Virus record (IMG/VR): IMGVR_UViG_3300043414_000665
Span: 1-31,446 of that record
DNA length: 31,446 nt
Source of the DNA: a virus
Lineage: Duplodnaviria; Caudoviricetes
Strand: one strand, 5' to 3'
In this document: positions 15,842-27,600 of the stretch, piece after piece
Numbering within the stretch: position 1 is the first letter of the stretch
Layout: each line of letters begins with the position of its first letter
Program-made: the position numbers and the translations under genes
The notes under the pieces: model-generated
What the model was told of the DNA's origin: nothing
The model's input: only the letters and a program-made list of their open reading frames with translations
Database searches by the model: none

Positions 15842-18800
15842 TCTGCTGCATAAGAACGAAGAGCAATTGACCTAAAGTTTTTAATTCTAGGTGGTTTTGA
15901 TTGATCATTAGATGTCATAATTACTTTAATCATAAAACCATTAAATTGTGGTAGATTGTCAGCAGTAAACTTATATTCACTAAATTGATTTAAATTATTA
16001 TTTGGATTTACTATTTTATCTGGTGATCCATCGGTATTAAATGGAGTATAAATTTGTTGGAAATCTGAATTATCATTTCTGTAAAGTTTATACATAACTC
16101 GAATATCTGCTCCTGCAAATTTATGTCCATCAAATTGAACATAAAGTGAGTTTGATGGGAATTCCAAAGATATTTTTTTAGTTTCATATATTCCAGAATT
16201 TGGATCATTTCCTGGAATTTTACATCTACTATCAGTCTCAAAATTGTCAACTTTATCATCAATCAAGTTGCTAATTGTAATGATATTTGCAGTATTCAAA
16301 TCAATAAATGGCGATACATCTTCTTTTGTTGTAGATAAAGTCATTTCAAGTGCAAATGATTTTTGATTTGAAAGTAGATTGTATTCATTTACTTTTGATG
16401 CCACAATTCTTGGACTATTGAGGTAATTCAATTTGTTTAAAGAAACATTTTCATATCCTTGATCTGTAAATGATGCCTCATTTCCACTGATACTCGTTCC
16501 TGAAGTTGTTTTGATTCTTGTTGTAATATTTGTTCCTGAAGGTGTAATTGAATTTACTCTTGGAGAAATAACTTCAAATGGAATATTTTGAGAAACTTCA
16601 AGATTTTTTCCACCGCCAGATTTGGTTGTTTTAAATGATTTTGATGTATCTGCTAATTTTAAATAATAACTATCAAATGTTTTTTCTCTTGAATCTACAT
16701 TGTGTGTCTTGTTAATTTTTCTCAATGAAACAGAATTAAACTGATAAGTATATACCAATGAGTTTGCTGTGTGAGATGTCTTCAAACTATTGTCGATTGC
16801 TCTTCCAGTGATTGTAATATCATTTCCAGAAAAAGAGTTATAAGAAATTATTTCATTATCAATCAACAAATAACCAGTATTAGCAACACCTATAGCAGAA
16901 CCTTCAAATGAAGTTAATATTCCAGCATTATTTACAGTTATTGTTGTTGATGTATCTGAAATAGATGAAGAAAGAATAGTTGGAGATATGTCACTATTGA
17001 AATTAATTACTTCCAATTTATTTGAACTTGAGTGCATTCCATGATTTCTGTGATCAAATAATAATGTATATCCATCTCTAATTGGATCATCATTAATAGA
17101 AGATGGAGCAGCAATTCCAGACGATGAACCAGTTGAATTGTAATACGTCAAAGGATTTGATGTATCGAATGATCCATTCACATCATCAACAACTAATAAG
17201 TTTGTGTTAGTGACAATTCCAACTGTTGCTCTTACGCCAGTTCCAGTATTTCCTAATTGATTTGTCAAAATCAAATCACCAACCCTATATCCATTTCCCC
17301 CACTTGTTACATTTAAATTAGTTACAGAACCACTAGAAACAGTGACTGTTGCAACACACAAACTTCCATAACCAGTTATTGCACTGAATCCAATTCCAGC
17401 AAAAGTCCCATCAGTTAATCCAATTCCAGTAGAAGATACAACCAAAGAAGTAGTTCCTACCCCAACTGAACCACCATAATCAAAAATATTACCATAAGAT
17501 GATGTTTGAGTTAAACTATTTCCCTGAGTAAATGCAATAGTCGTATTTGCAATTGAAACATATTGTCTCTTTGAATATGAAGTTACTGGATTTTCCTTTA
17601 GAATCTTACCTTTTGGTAGATCAGAATTATAGAATATAAAACTAGATGGGGTATTTGTTACAAATTTTGCCTTAAAGAGTTTAAACTTCAAATCTTCAAA
17701 TTGACTTGGATCCCAAGTTGATCCATTTTGCGATTTGAATAATGAACCCATATATGGTTGTTTATTGCTTATTGAACCAAGAATCAAATCTTCTTCGCCA
17801 ACTCTAGATGTAAATGTTATGTATTTACTAGTAGGTGACACCAAAACAAGTGCATATTCATAACCAGATTGCAAATAGACTGGAGTTGAAAACTTAAATG
17901 TAGTTGGAGCACTTCCATCTTTAGAAAGTGGAATATCCTTTGGATCAACTTGAGTTTCCCCGAAAGGAACGATTATACTGGTTGGAGAACCTTCTTTCAT
18001 AGTTCTAATTTGAATTGTTACTGGTGCAACTTCGTCTTTTGTTTTAAAGTAGACTTCTCCGCCAGTAACAAATACTCCGTCTTGATATTTGTCTCTCTCA
18101 ATTAAGAAAGATTGAGCAAGAGGATCATACCAACCAGTATCAGAAACATTTGTTCTTGGTTCAATTCTATTTTCGTCAAGATTTTGCGTTATTTGTGATA
18201 TTGGTTGATCAGAACCAATTTGTTTTCTTTCAATTTCTGGAGTTTTGATTGAAAGTGTTTGTTCTTTAGTGTTTTGTGCATATCCAGTAGCAAAATAAGT
18301 TGTTTGCGCAGAACTTTCACCTGGATCTAAATTGTTTGCATTTGTTGGACTTGTTGTAATTCTAATTGTATTCTGTCCAGTAGTAAATTTGGGATTGCTT
18401 GCAATTTTTGGATCCGGAATAAACAATGAGAAAATAAGAGTTCCTTTTTCATCGCTCTTTAAACTTAATTCATTGACAACTGCTTCGGCAGTTCCAGATT
18501 CATTTGCTATCACAGAACCTTTTCTAACCCACCCAGAATGTGTTGGATTCACTAGAAGTGCCAAATCTCCAGTATCAAGGTTTACAAGTGTGCTGGTGCT
18601 TGAGTATGATGATCCCAAAGGAGATAATGTATATGGATCTGCACTATAAGTTACAGTAGGTGATTTAAAATCGCCAAATTTATGATTAAGTTGTGCAACT
18701 CTAAATTTGATTTGAGGATTTCCAATTGACTGTGTTGCTACTGAAGTACTTACAATATCAGAAGTTGTAAATGATCCTCTTGTCATTGTGATTGGCAAAA

Positions 18801-21800
18801 GTTTTGGAGTGCAATATCCTGTTACATCTGTATTTTCAAAGAAAACATAATATCTTGTATTTGGTTTTAATTTATTTCCAACCACTTCAATATTTCTAGA
18901 ACGACAATTATACAAAACATCAACTCCAACAACTCTATTGCCAAGACTTATTTTTTCTTCGCCTGCAGTCAATTTCAATCCAAAGGTTTTGTCTACTCCT
19001 GTTTGTTTGATTGTTTGTAAATAATCATTAGATAATGTTGTTGCAGTAGTAGTTATTTCTCTTCTACCTTGTCCCCATGCACCTAGAATATCAGTATTAC
19101 CAGAAGAACTAATGACACGGCTATTGACTAGTTCTTCCCTAATAATTTCTCTTCCAGTCCAAGTTGTTTCGTGTGAATTCCAATAACTTGCAGACATTCC
19201 ACCGTTTTCTCTATTCTCTACTCCAAGCAATTCTGCAACAGCACCAAAAGCGGAATCAATTTTTATTACATCTGGAGTTTCCAGCATAACTTCTTCAATC
19301 CAAAAATCAGATATTGGAGTGAGTTCAATTGCTCCAGCGTATAGTGCTATATGAAAAGGATTTATATTTTCTGTTCTGCTTGCAAGATTTTGAACAATAA
19401 ATGGAACTTCAGTGTATTTTAAAGTTAATCCTACACCATTTCTTGTAATATTGTCAGATTCAAAATCTTCAATCCAACGATAGTCAGAATTTGTTGAATT
19501 CGATAAAGATGATTTTGTTTCAAAAATCAAAGAAACATTTCTTTCTGTCGATCTTGGTCTGCATTCTCCATTTTCCATATCAATATCAAATTTAGAATCA
19601 CCAGTCAAATTATGAGATTCGTGATTTCTAAAAGTATCTACAAAAAATCCTGATTTAAATTTATCAAGTCCAGTATTTGGATCTTTGATTGAAAGATTTT
19701 TTGTATCAGTTTCAAGTAAAGAGAGAGTTGTATAATCTTCTAATGTTTTAATTCTGGTTTCAAGACTTCCAATATCATTCATAGTATACCTCTTATGGGG
19801 TATAGTTTTTATTGAACAATCGGTAGTAGCATTGATCATATAAGGATTCATTGAAATTGTTGCAACTTCAAATCCTTCATTGTTTGGAACTGGAAGTTTT
19901 GGATTTTCTGATGGTTCTCCTTTCTTTATTTCAAACAATCCATCTTTAGTTAAATATAATCTATCCAATCTTCCAAGATAATAAGAATAATCAACAACTA
20001 TGGTTTCATTAGAAACCATAGTTTCAGAAGAACATTCTGAAAAATTTCTACTTGAGAATGAAAATGGAGATAATATGCTAGATGTAGAGTATGGTGAAAC
20101 TTTTGGTCTTAAATCGATGTAGTCAGATGCTCGTACCCCCAATGCTGATGGTATTTCTTTCGAATAATTTAATAAATTGTAGCTATTTACAGACTCGACT
20201 GTTCCTGATGTTTCATTATTTTGATAATAATCAAAAATGATGCTTATTTTTTTAGTTGGTTCTGTATTTCCGGATGTTCTTATAATTCTCCCATAATCTG
20301 CATATTCTAATCTATGCCCATCATCAAATTGATAATTTCTAACAATGTTTCTATCTCCATTTATTAAAATACTAATAGTCGCAATTATAGAAGAAGTTTT
20401 AAATGTTATTGATTCTCCAATTTCAAAAGTTTTTTCATTTTCATATACAAACCTTATTTGATTTGATCCATCAACATATACAACACGAGCAAGTGCTCCA
20501 GAAGAATTTCCAATAAGTTGTTCTCCAATTTTTACATTATTTACAAAACTGTCAGATTGAGATGAAACTGTTAATGCGGGTAGAGTTGGATTACTAGTAT
20601 CATTAGATTCAAAAACACCTAAAATTCTATAGATGTCTGGATAATTTAATGAAATTTCACTATCTTGTACTCTAGTTCCATATACTGAACTATATGTAAG
20701 ACCATCGTTAAAAGTAGTTGCTCCAATTCCAGATCCACTATATTTTGATCTATTTACTATTAATTCATTACATCTAACTAATGTTTTTTCTTTAGATGAA
20801 AGTGATGTTCTTTTTACTGTGCAAGATAAAGTTGCATTTCCAGTCCTAGAAAGACTAGAAATAGTTAATTCTCTTAAATTTCCACTAAACGATACTTGTG
20901 CGTTAGTTAAAACTTCTTTTTGTCCTGTTTCCCAAGTTAAAATATAATTATCTTCTTTAAATGGTTCAAAGTAGATATTATTGTCTCCGAGATCACTCAG
21001 ATAAAAAGTATATGTAGATCCTGTAATATTTTTTGAAATTTGTTTTCTTGCAATATATGTAGAATCTAATAAATTAATTGAAGAAACATATCTATTTTGT
21101 ATATCAATTGTATACCCAGGATTGGATGCATTCTCTAATGATGGAATTACGACGTCAAAATCAACAACAGTTAGATCGAATCCAACAAGACCACCTTCAC
21201 AAACTCCAATAACTGTAGATACACCAACAAGTGTCAACCTGGTTGCAGAAACAGTTGATACTCTATTATATGTAATTGTGCTAAATCCTGGTCTGGAATA
21301 TTGTACAATATCTCCAACTTTTACTAGTGATCTAAAATCAGAAACACTTGGACTTGTTACTGTACTGACTCCTGTTGTTCCTGAAGTAATTGTAAATTGA
21401 CTTGTTTCTGTAAAAACTTTTGCTTTTTGATCTAAAACCAAATCAGAAGTAAAAGTTGATACTCCAACTTGCCCATATACTGATTTGACATCAGTAAAGT
21501 TGTAATCTATTACTGATGTTAAATTTCTGCCTGCGTTAATTCCATTAACTATGATTGGTTCATTAATTGTAAAATTACCTTTGGTGTCATATATGGTTAG
21601 AGTTGTTCCATTTGAAATTGAATCTTTCAAAAATCCAGTTGCGCCACTATATTGACCTTTGATGTGTGAGTCTGCTGATGCAGTGATTCCAAATCCTATC
21701 GTAACTGAAGTATATGTTTGAATATCAAAAAGTCTTAAATTATATTGAGCAGTTGAAAGTCCAGAAACGGATCTTTGGTTGAAATCATAAACTCTAGCAA

Positions 21801-23118
21801 CACCAATAGTCGATGCGGATCCAATTGTACGATTTCCATTTAATCTTTGATTTAATAAACTTACCGTATATGTTGTAGAAAATCCAATTTTTGGGGATCC
21901 ATATGTATTAGTTGTTTTTACTAAATTTCCAATCTTTACAGGCAAACTTACGTTTTGTTTTGATTTTGTGGTTCTTGGTTTTACTGAATCTATGGATGAG
22001 GTAGATAATTTATCAATATCATAACCTCTAACATATGCTTTTCCTGGGGAAATTTGCAAAACAAAAATATCATCAGACGGGGTATTTCCATTCTGAGTTA
22101 ATTGATTTTCGTAATATACACCTCTATTGGAAATTCTATCATTCAAAGATTCTCTTACGTCGATAGCAAATGGAGAAATGTAATAATCTCCAGACTCTTC
22201 AAAAGTTCTTCTTGCTAATTCTTCTTTAAAAATATTTAATTCTGTTTTATTAACAAATTTTTGTAATGTGCCTTGATCTACACGAATTAATTCTATAAAA
22301 TTTTGATCATTTAAATCAGTTAATTCTTTTTTATATAAACTTACACTAAGTTTAAATCTATCAGCTCCAGGTGCTGATTCGTTTGGAAATCCTTGAGCAT
22401 TATCAAAAAGATCTGGATTTTCACTTGATGCCGAAATAATTTCTTCATTAATTAATAAACCAATTCTATAACTAGGTGTATTACTATATTGGTCTAAAAT
22501 TATTGTTTCTTTTTGTACTTTTATGAAATATCCTCTTATGAAATAAACCCCTTCATTAATTGAAGCAGAAGATCCAATTTTAGTTGCATTTGAATTTATG
22601 CATTTTGCAAATGAACTATTTGCTGAAATTTTGGTCAAAGAATAGTCAATATCTGAAAGTGTGATTAAATTCTCACCATCAATAAAAGTTTTTACATTTG
22701 GATCTATTCCAGCAGATTTGTATTTTACGTAAAGAGTATCAAATCCATCTATAGATTCTGTATCTGTAATTCTATTAACAACAGTTGCAGTTACGCCAGA
22801 AGTTTCTCCTTTTATTTCAATTTCTTCTGATACTAATATATCTGTATATGCTTTTACTGGTATATTTAAGAAATATGGATCAATTCTAACAGCAAAATAT
22901 CTATCATCATAAAAAGTTGCTCCTGGAATAACAACTGATCCCTCTTTGAAAAAATATTGACCAAATTTTTCAGTTTGATTTTGAAGAATTGATTGTAAAG
23001 TGTTTAATTCTCTGGATTGAATTGGAATTCCAGGTTTGAATAAAACTTTCTTGTAGTTTTTATTCTCATCAAAATCATCAAAATATGGAGAGACATTTAA
23101 ATTAGTGTTTTGTGTCAT
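15838..23118 (-). CDS. Large virion structural protein, VrlC-like / DUF4815-type (2426 aa)
   Basis: NLNVSPYFDDFD...VLFKPG.PIQSRELNTLQSILQNQ, APGADRFK, LARRTFEESGDY, YYLGRLD, RYTMNDIGSLETRI, FKSGFFVDTF, DPLAQSF, GSLFKSQNGSTW, EDLKFKL. Lies downstream of g8, as in cyanomyoviruses. Confidence 0.88.
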   Translation of the reverse strand: MTQNTNLNVSPYFDDFDENKNYKKVLFKPGIPIQSRELNTLQSILQNQTEKFGQYFFKEGSVVIPGATFYDDRYFAVRIDPYFLNIPVKAYTDILVSEEIEIKGETSGVTATVVNRITDTESIDGFDTLYVKYKSAGIDPNVKTFIDGENLITLSDIDYSLTKISANSSFAKCINSNATKIGSSASINEGVYFIRGYFIKVQKETIILDQYSNTPSYRIGLLINEEIISASSENPDLFDNAQGFPNESAPGADRFKLSVSLYKKELTDLNDQNFIELIRVDQGTLQKFVNKTELNIFKEELARRTFEESGDYYISPFAIDVRESLNDRISNRGVYYENQLTQNGNTPSDDIFVLQISPGKAYVRGYDIDKLSTSSIDSVKPRTTKSKQNVSLPVKIGNLVKTTNTYGSPKIGFSTTYTVSLLNQRLNGNRTIGSASTIGVARVYDFNQRSVSGLSTAQYNLRLFDIQTYTSVTIGFGITASADSHIKGQYSGATGFLKDSISNGTTLTIYDTKGNFTINEPIIVNGINAGRNLTSVIDYNFTDVKSVYGQVGVSTFTSDLVLDQKAKVFTETSQFTITSGTTGVSTVTSPSVSDFRSLVKVGDIVQYSRPGFSTITYNRVSTVSATRLTLVGVSTVIGVCEGGLVGFDLTVVDFDVVIPSLENASNPGYTIDIQNRYVSSINLLDSTYIARKQISKNITGSTYTFYLSDLGDNNIYFEPFKEDNYILTWETGQKEVLTNAQVSFSGNLRELTISSLSRTGNATLSCTVKRTSLSSKEKTLVRCNELIVNRSKYSGSGIGATTFNDGLTYSSVYGTRVQDSEISLNYPDIYRILGVFESNDTSNPTLPALTVSSQSDSFVNNVKIGEQLIGNSSGALARVVYVDGSNQIRFVYENEKTFEIGESITFKTSSIIATISILINGDRNIVRNYQFDDGHRLEYADYGRIIRTSGNTEPTKKISIIFDYYQNNETSGTVESVNSYNLLNYSKEIPSALGVRASDYIDLRPKVSPYSTSSILSPFSFSSRNFSECSSETMVSNETIVVDYSYYLGRLDRLYLTKDGLFEIKKGEPSENPKLPVPNNEGFEVATISMNPYMINATTDCSIKTIPHKRYTMNDIGSLETRIKTLEDYTTLSLLETDTKNLSIKDPNTGLDKFKSGFFVDTFRNHESHNLTGDSKFDIDMENGECRPRSTERNVSLIFETKSSLSNSTNSDYRWIEDFESDNITRNGVGLTLKYTEVPFIVQNLASRTENINPFHIALYAGAIELTPISDFWIEEVMLETPDVIKIDSAFGAVAELLGVENRENGGMSASYWNSHETTWTGREIIREELVNSRVISSSGNTDILGAWGQGRREITTTATTLSNDYLQTIKQTGVDKTFGLKLTAGEEKISLGNRVVGVDVLYNCRSRNIEVVGNKLKPNTRYYVFFENTDVTGYCTPKLLPITMTRGSFTTSDIVSTSVATQSIGNPQIKFRVAQLNHKFGDFKSPTVTYSADPYTLSPLGSSYSSTSTLVNLDTGDLALLVNPTHSGWVRKGSVIANESGTAEAVVNELSLKSDEKGTLIFSLFIPDPKIASNPKFTTGQNTIRITTSPTNANNLDPGESSAQTTYFATGYAQNTKEQTLSIKTPEIERKQIGSDQPISQITQNLDENRIEPRTNVSDTGWYDPLAQSFLIERDKYQDGVFVTGGEVYFKTKDEVAPVTIQIRTMKEGSPTSIIVPFGETQVDPKDIPLSKDGSAPTTFKFSTPVYLQSGYEYALVLVSPTSKYITFTSRVGEEDLILGSISNKQPYMGSLFKSQNGSTWDPSQFEDLKFKLFKAKFVTNTPSSFIFYNSDLPKGKILKENPVTSYSKRQYVSIANTTIAFTQGNSLTQTSSYGNIFDYGGSVGVGTTSLVVSSTGIGLTDGTFAGIGFSAITGYGSLCVATVTVSSGSVTNLNVTSGGNGYRVGDLILTNQLGNTGTGVRATVGIVTNTNLLVVDDVNGSFDTSNPLTYYNSTGSSSGIAAPSSINDDPIRDGYTLLFDHRNHGMHSSSNKLEVINFNSDISPTILSSSISDTSTTITVNNAGILTSFEGSAIGVANTGYLLIDNEIISYNSFSGNDITITGRAIDNSLKTSHTANSLVYTYQFNSVSLRKINKTHNVDSREKTFDSYYLKLADTSKSFKTTKSGGGKNLEVSQNIPFEVISPRVNSITPSGTNITTRIKTTSGTSISGNEASFTDQGYENVSLNKLNYLNSPRIVASKVNEYNLLSNQKSFALEMTLSTTKEDVSPFIDLNTANIITISNLIDDKVDNFETDSRCKIPGNDPNSGIYETKKISLEFPSNSLYVQFDGHKFAGADIRVMYKLYRNDNSDFQQIYTPFNTDGSPDKIVNPNNNLNQFSEYKFTADNLPQFNGFMIKVIMTSNDQSKPPRIKNFRSIALRSYAAE

Positions 23119-23121
23119 TTT

Positions 23122-24651
23122 TTAGAATTCTACTACAATTTTTAATTCTTCTTTTTGTGAAGCAGATCTTGTGATTGGGGATCTATTGTCAATGTAAATA
23201 ATTTCGCCATAATATTTTTTTATATCTGGATTTGAAATTCCTTTGAAAAAAGTTTGTCCGAGTTGAATTACTTTTCCTCCAACTGTAATATTATTGCCCC
23301 CAAATGATTCATCTACAATTAATGGAGACCCAATGATGTCAGAACAATTTATTGTTGTTCCTGAACCAACAAAAGTATTTAACTTATATCCAGATACAGA
23401 CAATGTTGATAGACCAACTGGTTGATAATATTTCAAAATACCAGTATTGCCATTCCAAGAAGCAACATATCCAACTGCAGTGGACCCAACTCCAACATAT
23501 TGTTGTGTTATTAATTTATTTATTGGATATGTTGTGTCCGATGTATTGCCAGATCCCACTGGTTTTAATTTTAATGCACCAAGATTTGTTGCTGTAGAAT
23601 CAGTTATTGGTTTTACTTGACTCCCATAAACAACTGGATTTTTAATTATTCCAATTCTTGAAAAATTATTTCCAATCACATAATCTGGGTCGGAATCATA
23701 TTTTGAATGGATTATAACTCTATATGATCCAAGTTCTTTGTAAATATCAAATCCGTGACCACCAATAGGAGGAATAATTACTTCCAAAGAACCACCAGAA
23801 CCTCCTGTAACCTCTGGATTTCCTCCAGAACCAACACCAAAATTTATAAATCCTCTAGTGTAGTTAGAACCACCATTTGTAACTTGTACTGTATCGATTT
23901 GTCCACCATTAACTGTTATTGATACTGTTCCTCCAGTTCCATCTCCTAATATTGGGATATCCGTAATAGTTCCGGTTGATCCACCACCACCAGAAAGTGT
24001 ATATCCCAATCCTCTATTCTTTATAATTACAGTTTGTATTTTTCCATTCACTGCAGAATTTTTAATGGATTCTGTTGTTGAGTCTCCCCAAGTTTTTGGT
24101 ACAGGAATATAGTTTTCAGTTGTAAATTTTAAAATGTCTGATGGTAAAATTGAATAAAGATACTTCCATAAATATCCATCATCTCCTGCTTGTTGTGGAT
24201 TCGTATCTACGAAATTTGGCTCATATAATGATTTTTGTCCATTTGGGTATTCGGGATTTGATCCATTATTTAAGCAAATGTATACTTTATATTCAGAATT
24301 GACAACATAAAATCTAGATTCATATAAAGTTTTTGCGTCAGTTTGTGGAGTAGGATTATCTATGCTGTAATTATTTCTATACATATCATAACTTATACCA
24401 GATTCCCAATTCACTCTAGGTATAACTCTAGCAACATCATTAGATGTTATTCTTTTCAAAAATAACATACTATCAAAGTATGAATTTTCATCACTAAATG
24501 AATCTTTTGGTTCTGGTGGTTCTTGCCAATCAGGATTTGGATGAGCCAAAAAACTATAATAATAATTTATCGTATTGCCAATCCCAGTAAAACTTTGAAT
24601 AAAAGTTTCAGTATTTAATATTCTAAATTGATCAGTAATTATAGCGGGCAT
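23122..24651 (-). CDS. g8: Baseplate wedge subunit gp8
   Basis: MPAIITDQFRILN, FYVVNSEYKVYICLNN, DGYLWKYLYSI, IGIIKNP, GEIIYIDNRSPITRSASQKEELKIVVEF. Confidence 0.93.
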   Translation of the reverse strand: MPAIITDQFRILNTETFIQSFTGIGNTINYYYSFLAHPNPDWQEPPEPKDSFSDENSYFDSMLFLKRITSNDVARVIPRVNWESGISYDMYRNNYSIDNPTPQTDAKTLYESRFYVVNSEYKVYICLNNGSNPEYPNGQKSLYEPNFVDTNPQQAGDDGYLWKYLYSILPSDILKFTTENYIPVPKTWGDSTTESIKNSAVNGKIQTVIIKNRGLGYTLSGGGGSTGTITDIPILGDGTGGTVSITVNGGQIDTVQVTNGGSNYTRGFINFGVGSGGNPEVTGGSGGSLEVIIPPIGGHGFDIYKELGSYRVIIHSKYDSDPDYVIGNNFSRIGIIKNPVVYGSQVKPITDSTATNLGALKLKPVGSGNTSDTTYPINKLITQQYVGVGSTAVGYVASWNGNTGILKYYQPVGLSTLSVSGYKLNTFVGSGTTINCSDIIGSPLIVDESFGGNNITVGGKVIQLGQTFFKGISNPDIKKYYGEIIYIDNRSPITRSASQKEELKIVVEF

Positions 24652-24667
24652 TTTGTATCTTTTTGAT

Positions 24668-24675
24668 TATTTATA
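24668..24675 (-). promoter_or_regulatory. T4-type late promoter TATAAATA upstream of g8
   Basis: Exact consensus in the g7-g8 gap, 16 nt before the ATG. Confidence 0.85.
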
Positions 24676-24681
24676 CATCAA

Positions 24682-27600
24682 TTAATAAATTAATCTTAAT
24701 TGCAATAATCTAGAAACGTGTGCTGATGTTTCAATTCCGGCAGTCCCATTTTGATTGTAAAATTGAAATGATTTGGAATTTGAATTTCTGGATATATTAA
24801 TCGAACCCCAAGTATAAGTTCCATAAGAATTAAGTTGGGGTAATGTGGATGTATTTATTCCAGAAATAGATTTTACATTTGAATATACGCGGAGAGTACT
24901 TGATCCCACGGAAACAATGTTACTTGCATAATAAACATTATCAATAAAACTATTACCAACGGAAACAACTGAAGTTGAATCGTTTTTTATAGAAGTTACC
25001 CCATAACCAATTATTGTATTTTCTATAACAAAATAATCACCTGTCGAAATTCCTGGTCTAATTACACTTCCGAGAATATTTGGATCTGGTTTTATGTCAA
25101 AAATAATCATAGGAGATGATGTGCTTATTCCAGTAGCACTTGTCGCAATTCCAACAATAATTCCACAATCTCCAGAATATGTGACTTTTTTTATCTTTTC
25201 GGTTACTGCAGTAGTTCCCAAACCAACAATAACAATATCATTTAAAGTTTGTGATAGATCATCCAATGCACTAAATAACGGATAAGTATTTTTTACATAA
25301 ATTTTAGAATCAGTGGATGCAACTGAAGCGATAATATTTGTACTTGGAAATATCTGTGTCTCTAGATAATCTCTTTGTTTTGATATTTTAACTCCATCAA
25401 TAATAAGATCAGAAGATTGTTTTGACCAAACTACTGGTCTCAAGAATCTAGAATTTGTGACTATTCCCACACCACCATAGGTTTGTGTTTCGACGCTATC
25501 TGAAGCAATTAATTCATAAATGATTCTTTCGTCTTGAGATGAAGTGTTACCTTGATTCTGTAATCTTAATCTATCTCCTGGTTTTACGGATTCATTTACA
25601 TCAATAATTAAATAATCTGTCGAAGATCCAATATAAAAATAAATTTTTAATTTACTTCCATATTTTGGTGCTTCTTGGAATGTAATTCTGGTTCCACCAT
25701 TAAAAATATAATCTTTTTCTGGTTTTTGTAATACATCATTTAAGAAAATGAGTAAATTATTTTTCAAAATAATTCCAGAATCATTTTGTGCATTTATACT
25801 ATAATATTCTTTAGTAACTATAGTTCTTGTTAGTAAAAATGATCTTCTAGAACTATTGAATAAATTGCTAAAATCATCAAGTTCTAATAATTGTCCAAAA
25901 GTCCAACCAGAAAATTTGCTTTGATATTTATTTTTTACTGTAATTTTAAATGCAGAAGTTCCAATACCAGTCCTAAATGGTATTCCAGAAAGAGTCAACA
26001 CATCACCGATATTGTATCCATATCCACGATTTTGTAAGTCAAATGAAATTATACTTCCACCAGTACCAACTACTACATTCATTTTTGCTCCAATCCCATT
26101 GCCACCAGTTAATGATAGATTTTTGTATGGGTATGGTTCATCTATAGTGACTATGGGTGGACTGGAAGTAGTATATCCACTTCCTGGATTTACTACTGTA
26201 AATGAAGTTATGATTCCATTTGTTATTGATGAAATAATTGATGCTCCAATTCCAATTCCAAGTGTATCTGCAATAGAAACTCCAGGTGCGACAATATATC
26301 CAGATCCTCCAGTTGATAATCCTATTGATTGAATTGTGCCACCAACAGAAACAGTTGCATACCCAGATGCTCTATATGGTGATTGATAACCACTTCCATT
26401 TGTTGCATCAAATTCATTAATTACACCACCTCTTGGTAAATCTTTGTAATTGGATCCAGTAAAAATAATTGTTTGTCCAGTTCCCACAATTTGGTAATCT
26501 GATTCTAAAATAGATCCAACATCACCATAAAATGGTTTTTGGAAAATATTATTGACTAAAACAATTCCAAAACTGGTTTGTATTCCAGACAAAGTTGTTC
26601 CATTTGTTTTTAAATCAAATTTGTTTTGGATACTGTCAAATGATTCTGAAATATCATCAATAATATGATTTGTATCATAATTCAAACGATAAAATACTCT
26701 TCCTGTAAAAGATGATTTTGATGTTAATGATCCAATTCCTGTTGGACCATAAGGAGCATCTGAAAAATAAATTTTACCATCCTTTATTCTATAATCTCCA
26801 GACAATACGGTTACTGCTGAACCAACAGTATGTGCTGATGCAACAGATCCCATATAACTTCTATCAACATTGAGAGAATTGGTTGATCCAACACCAACTA
26901 AATTGACTTTAATGATTTCATTATCTATTTTTAGTAATGATTTTCCTTGAATTTTTGAAATATTATTTAAATAAATTATTGTTGTGGTCAATCCAACTTG
27001 AGTTGATAAACCTACTGATACACTCTTTCTTGATAATGGACTTTGAATTATGTTATCAATAGTAATTAAACATCTACTTGTGGCCAATTCCGATTCAACT
27101 GAAAGACTATGTTGTGTTCCAATTCCAGAAGAAGTGAATGTTATTGCTAATCCAGAAGATGCTTGAGATGATCCTATTGCTAGTTTAATTGTATCTTTGG
27201 ATATTTTAATAGCATACACATCAGATGGCAATACAGTTGTTGTTCCAACACCAACCACTGTTGTTGTTACAATTCCAATTGGTGTTCCTCCATTTGAAGA
27301 ATATTTCAACATCTCGCCAGTATTAAATTCATGATCAGAAATTGTTATTAGTGATGAAGATGTTGTTATTCCAGAAGAGTTAAAAATTTTATATAATAAT
27401 GTATTTCCATTGTTAAGCAGACTAAATGAAGTCAATCCAACAATCTGACCACCAAGAGTAGTTGATATTCCTGTAAATTGTGAACTAATATCATCAATTT
27501 CTAAAACTTTATTTGTTCTTGATTCATTATAATCTGTGATGATTTTGGAATCAAATTTAATTATCTTTGATAAAGATTGATTGTTAGTATCTTCGGAAGC

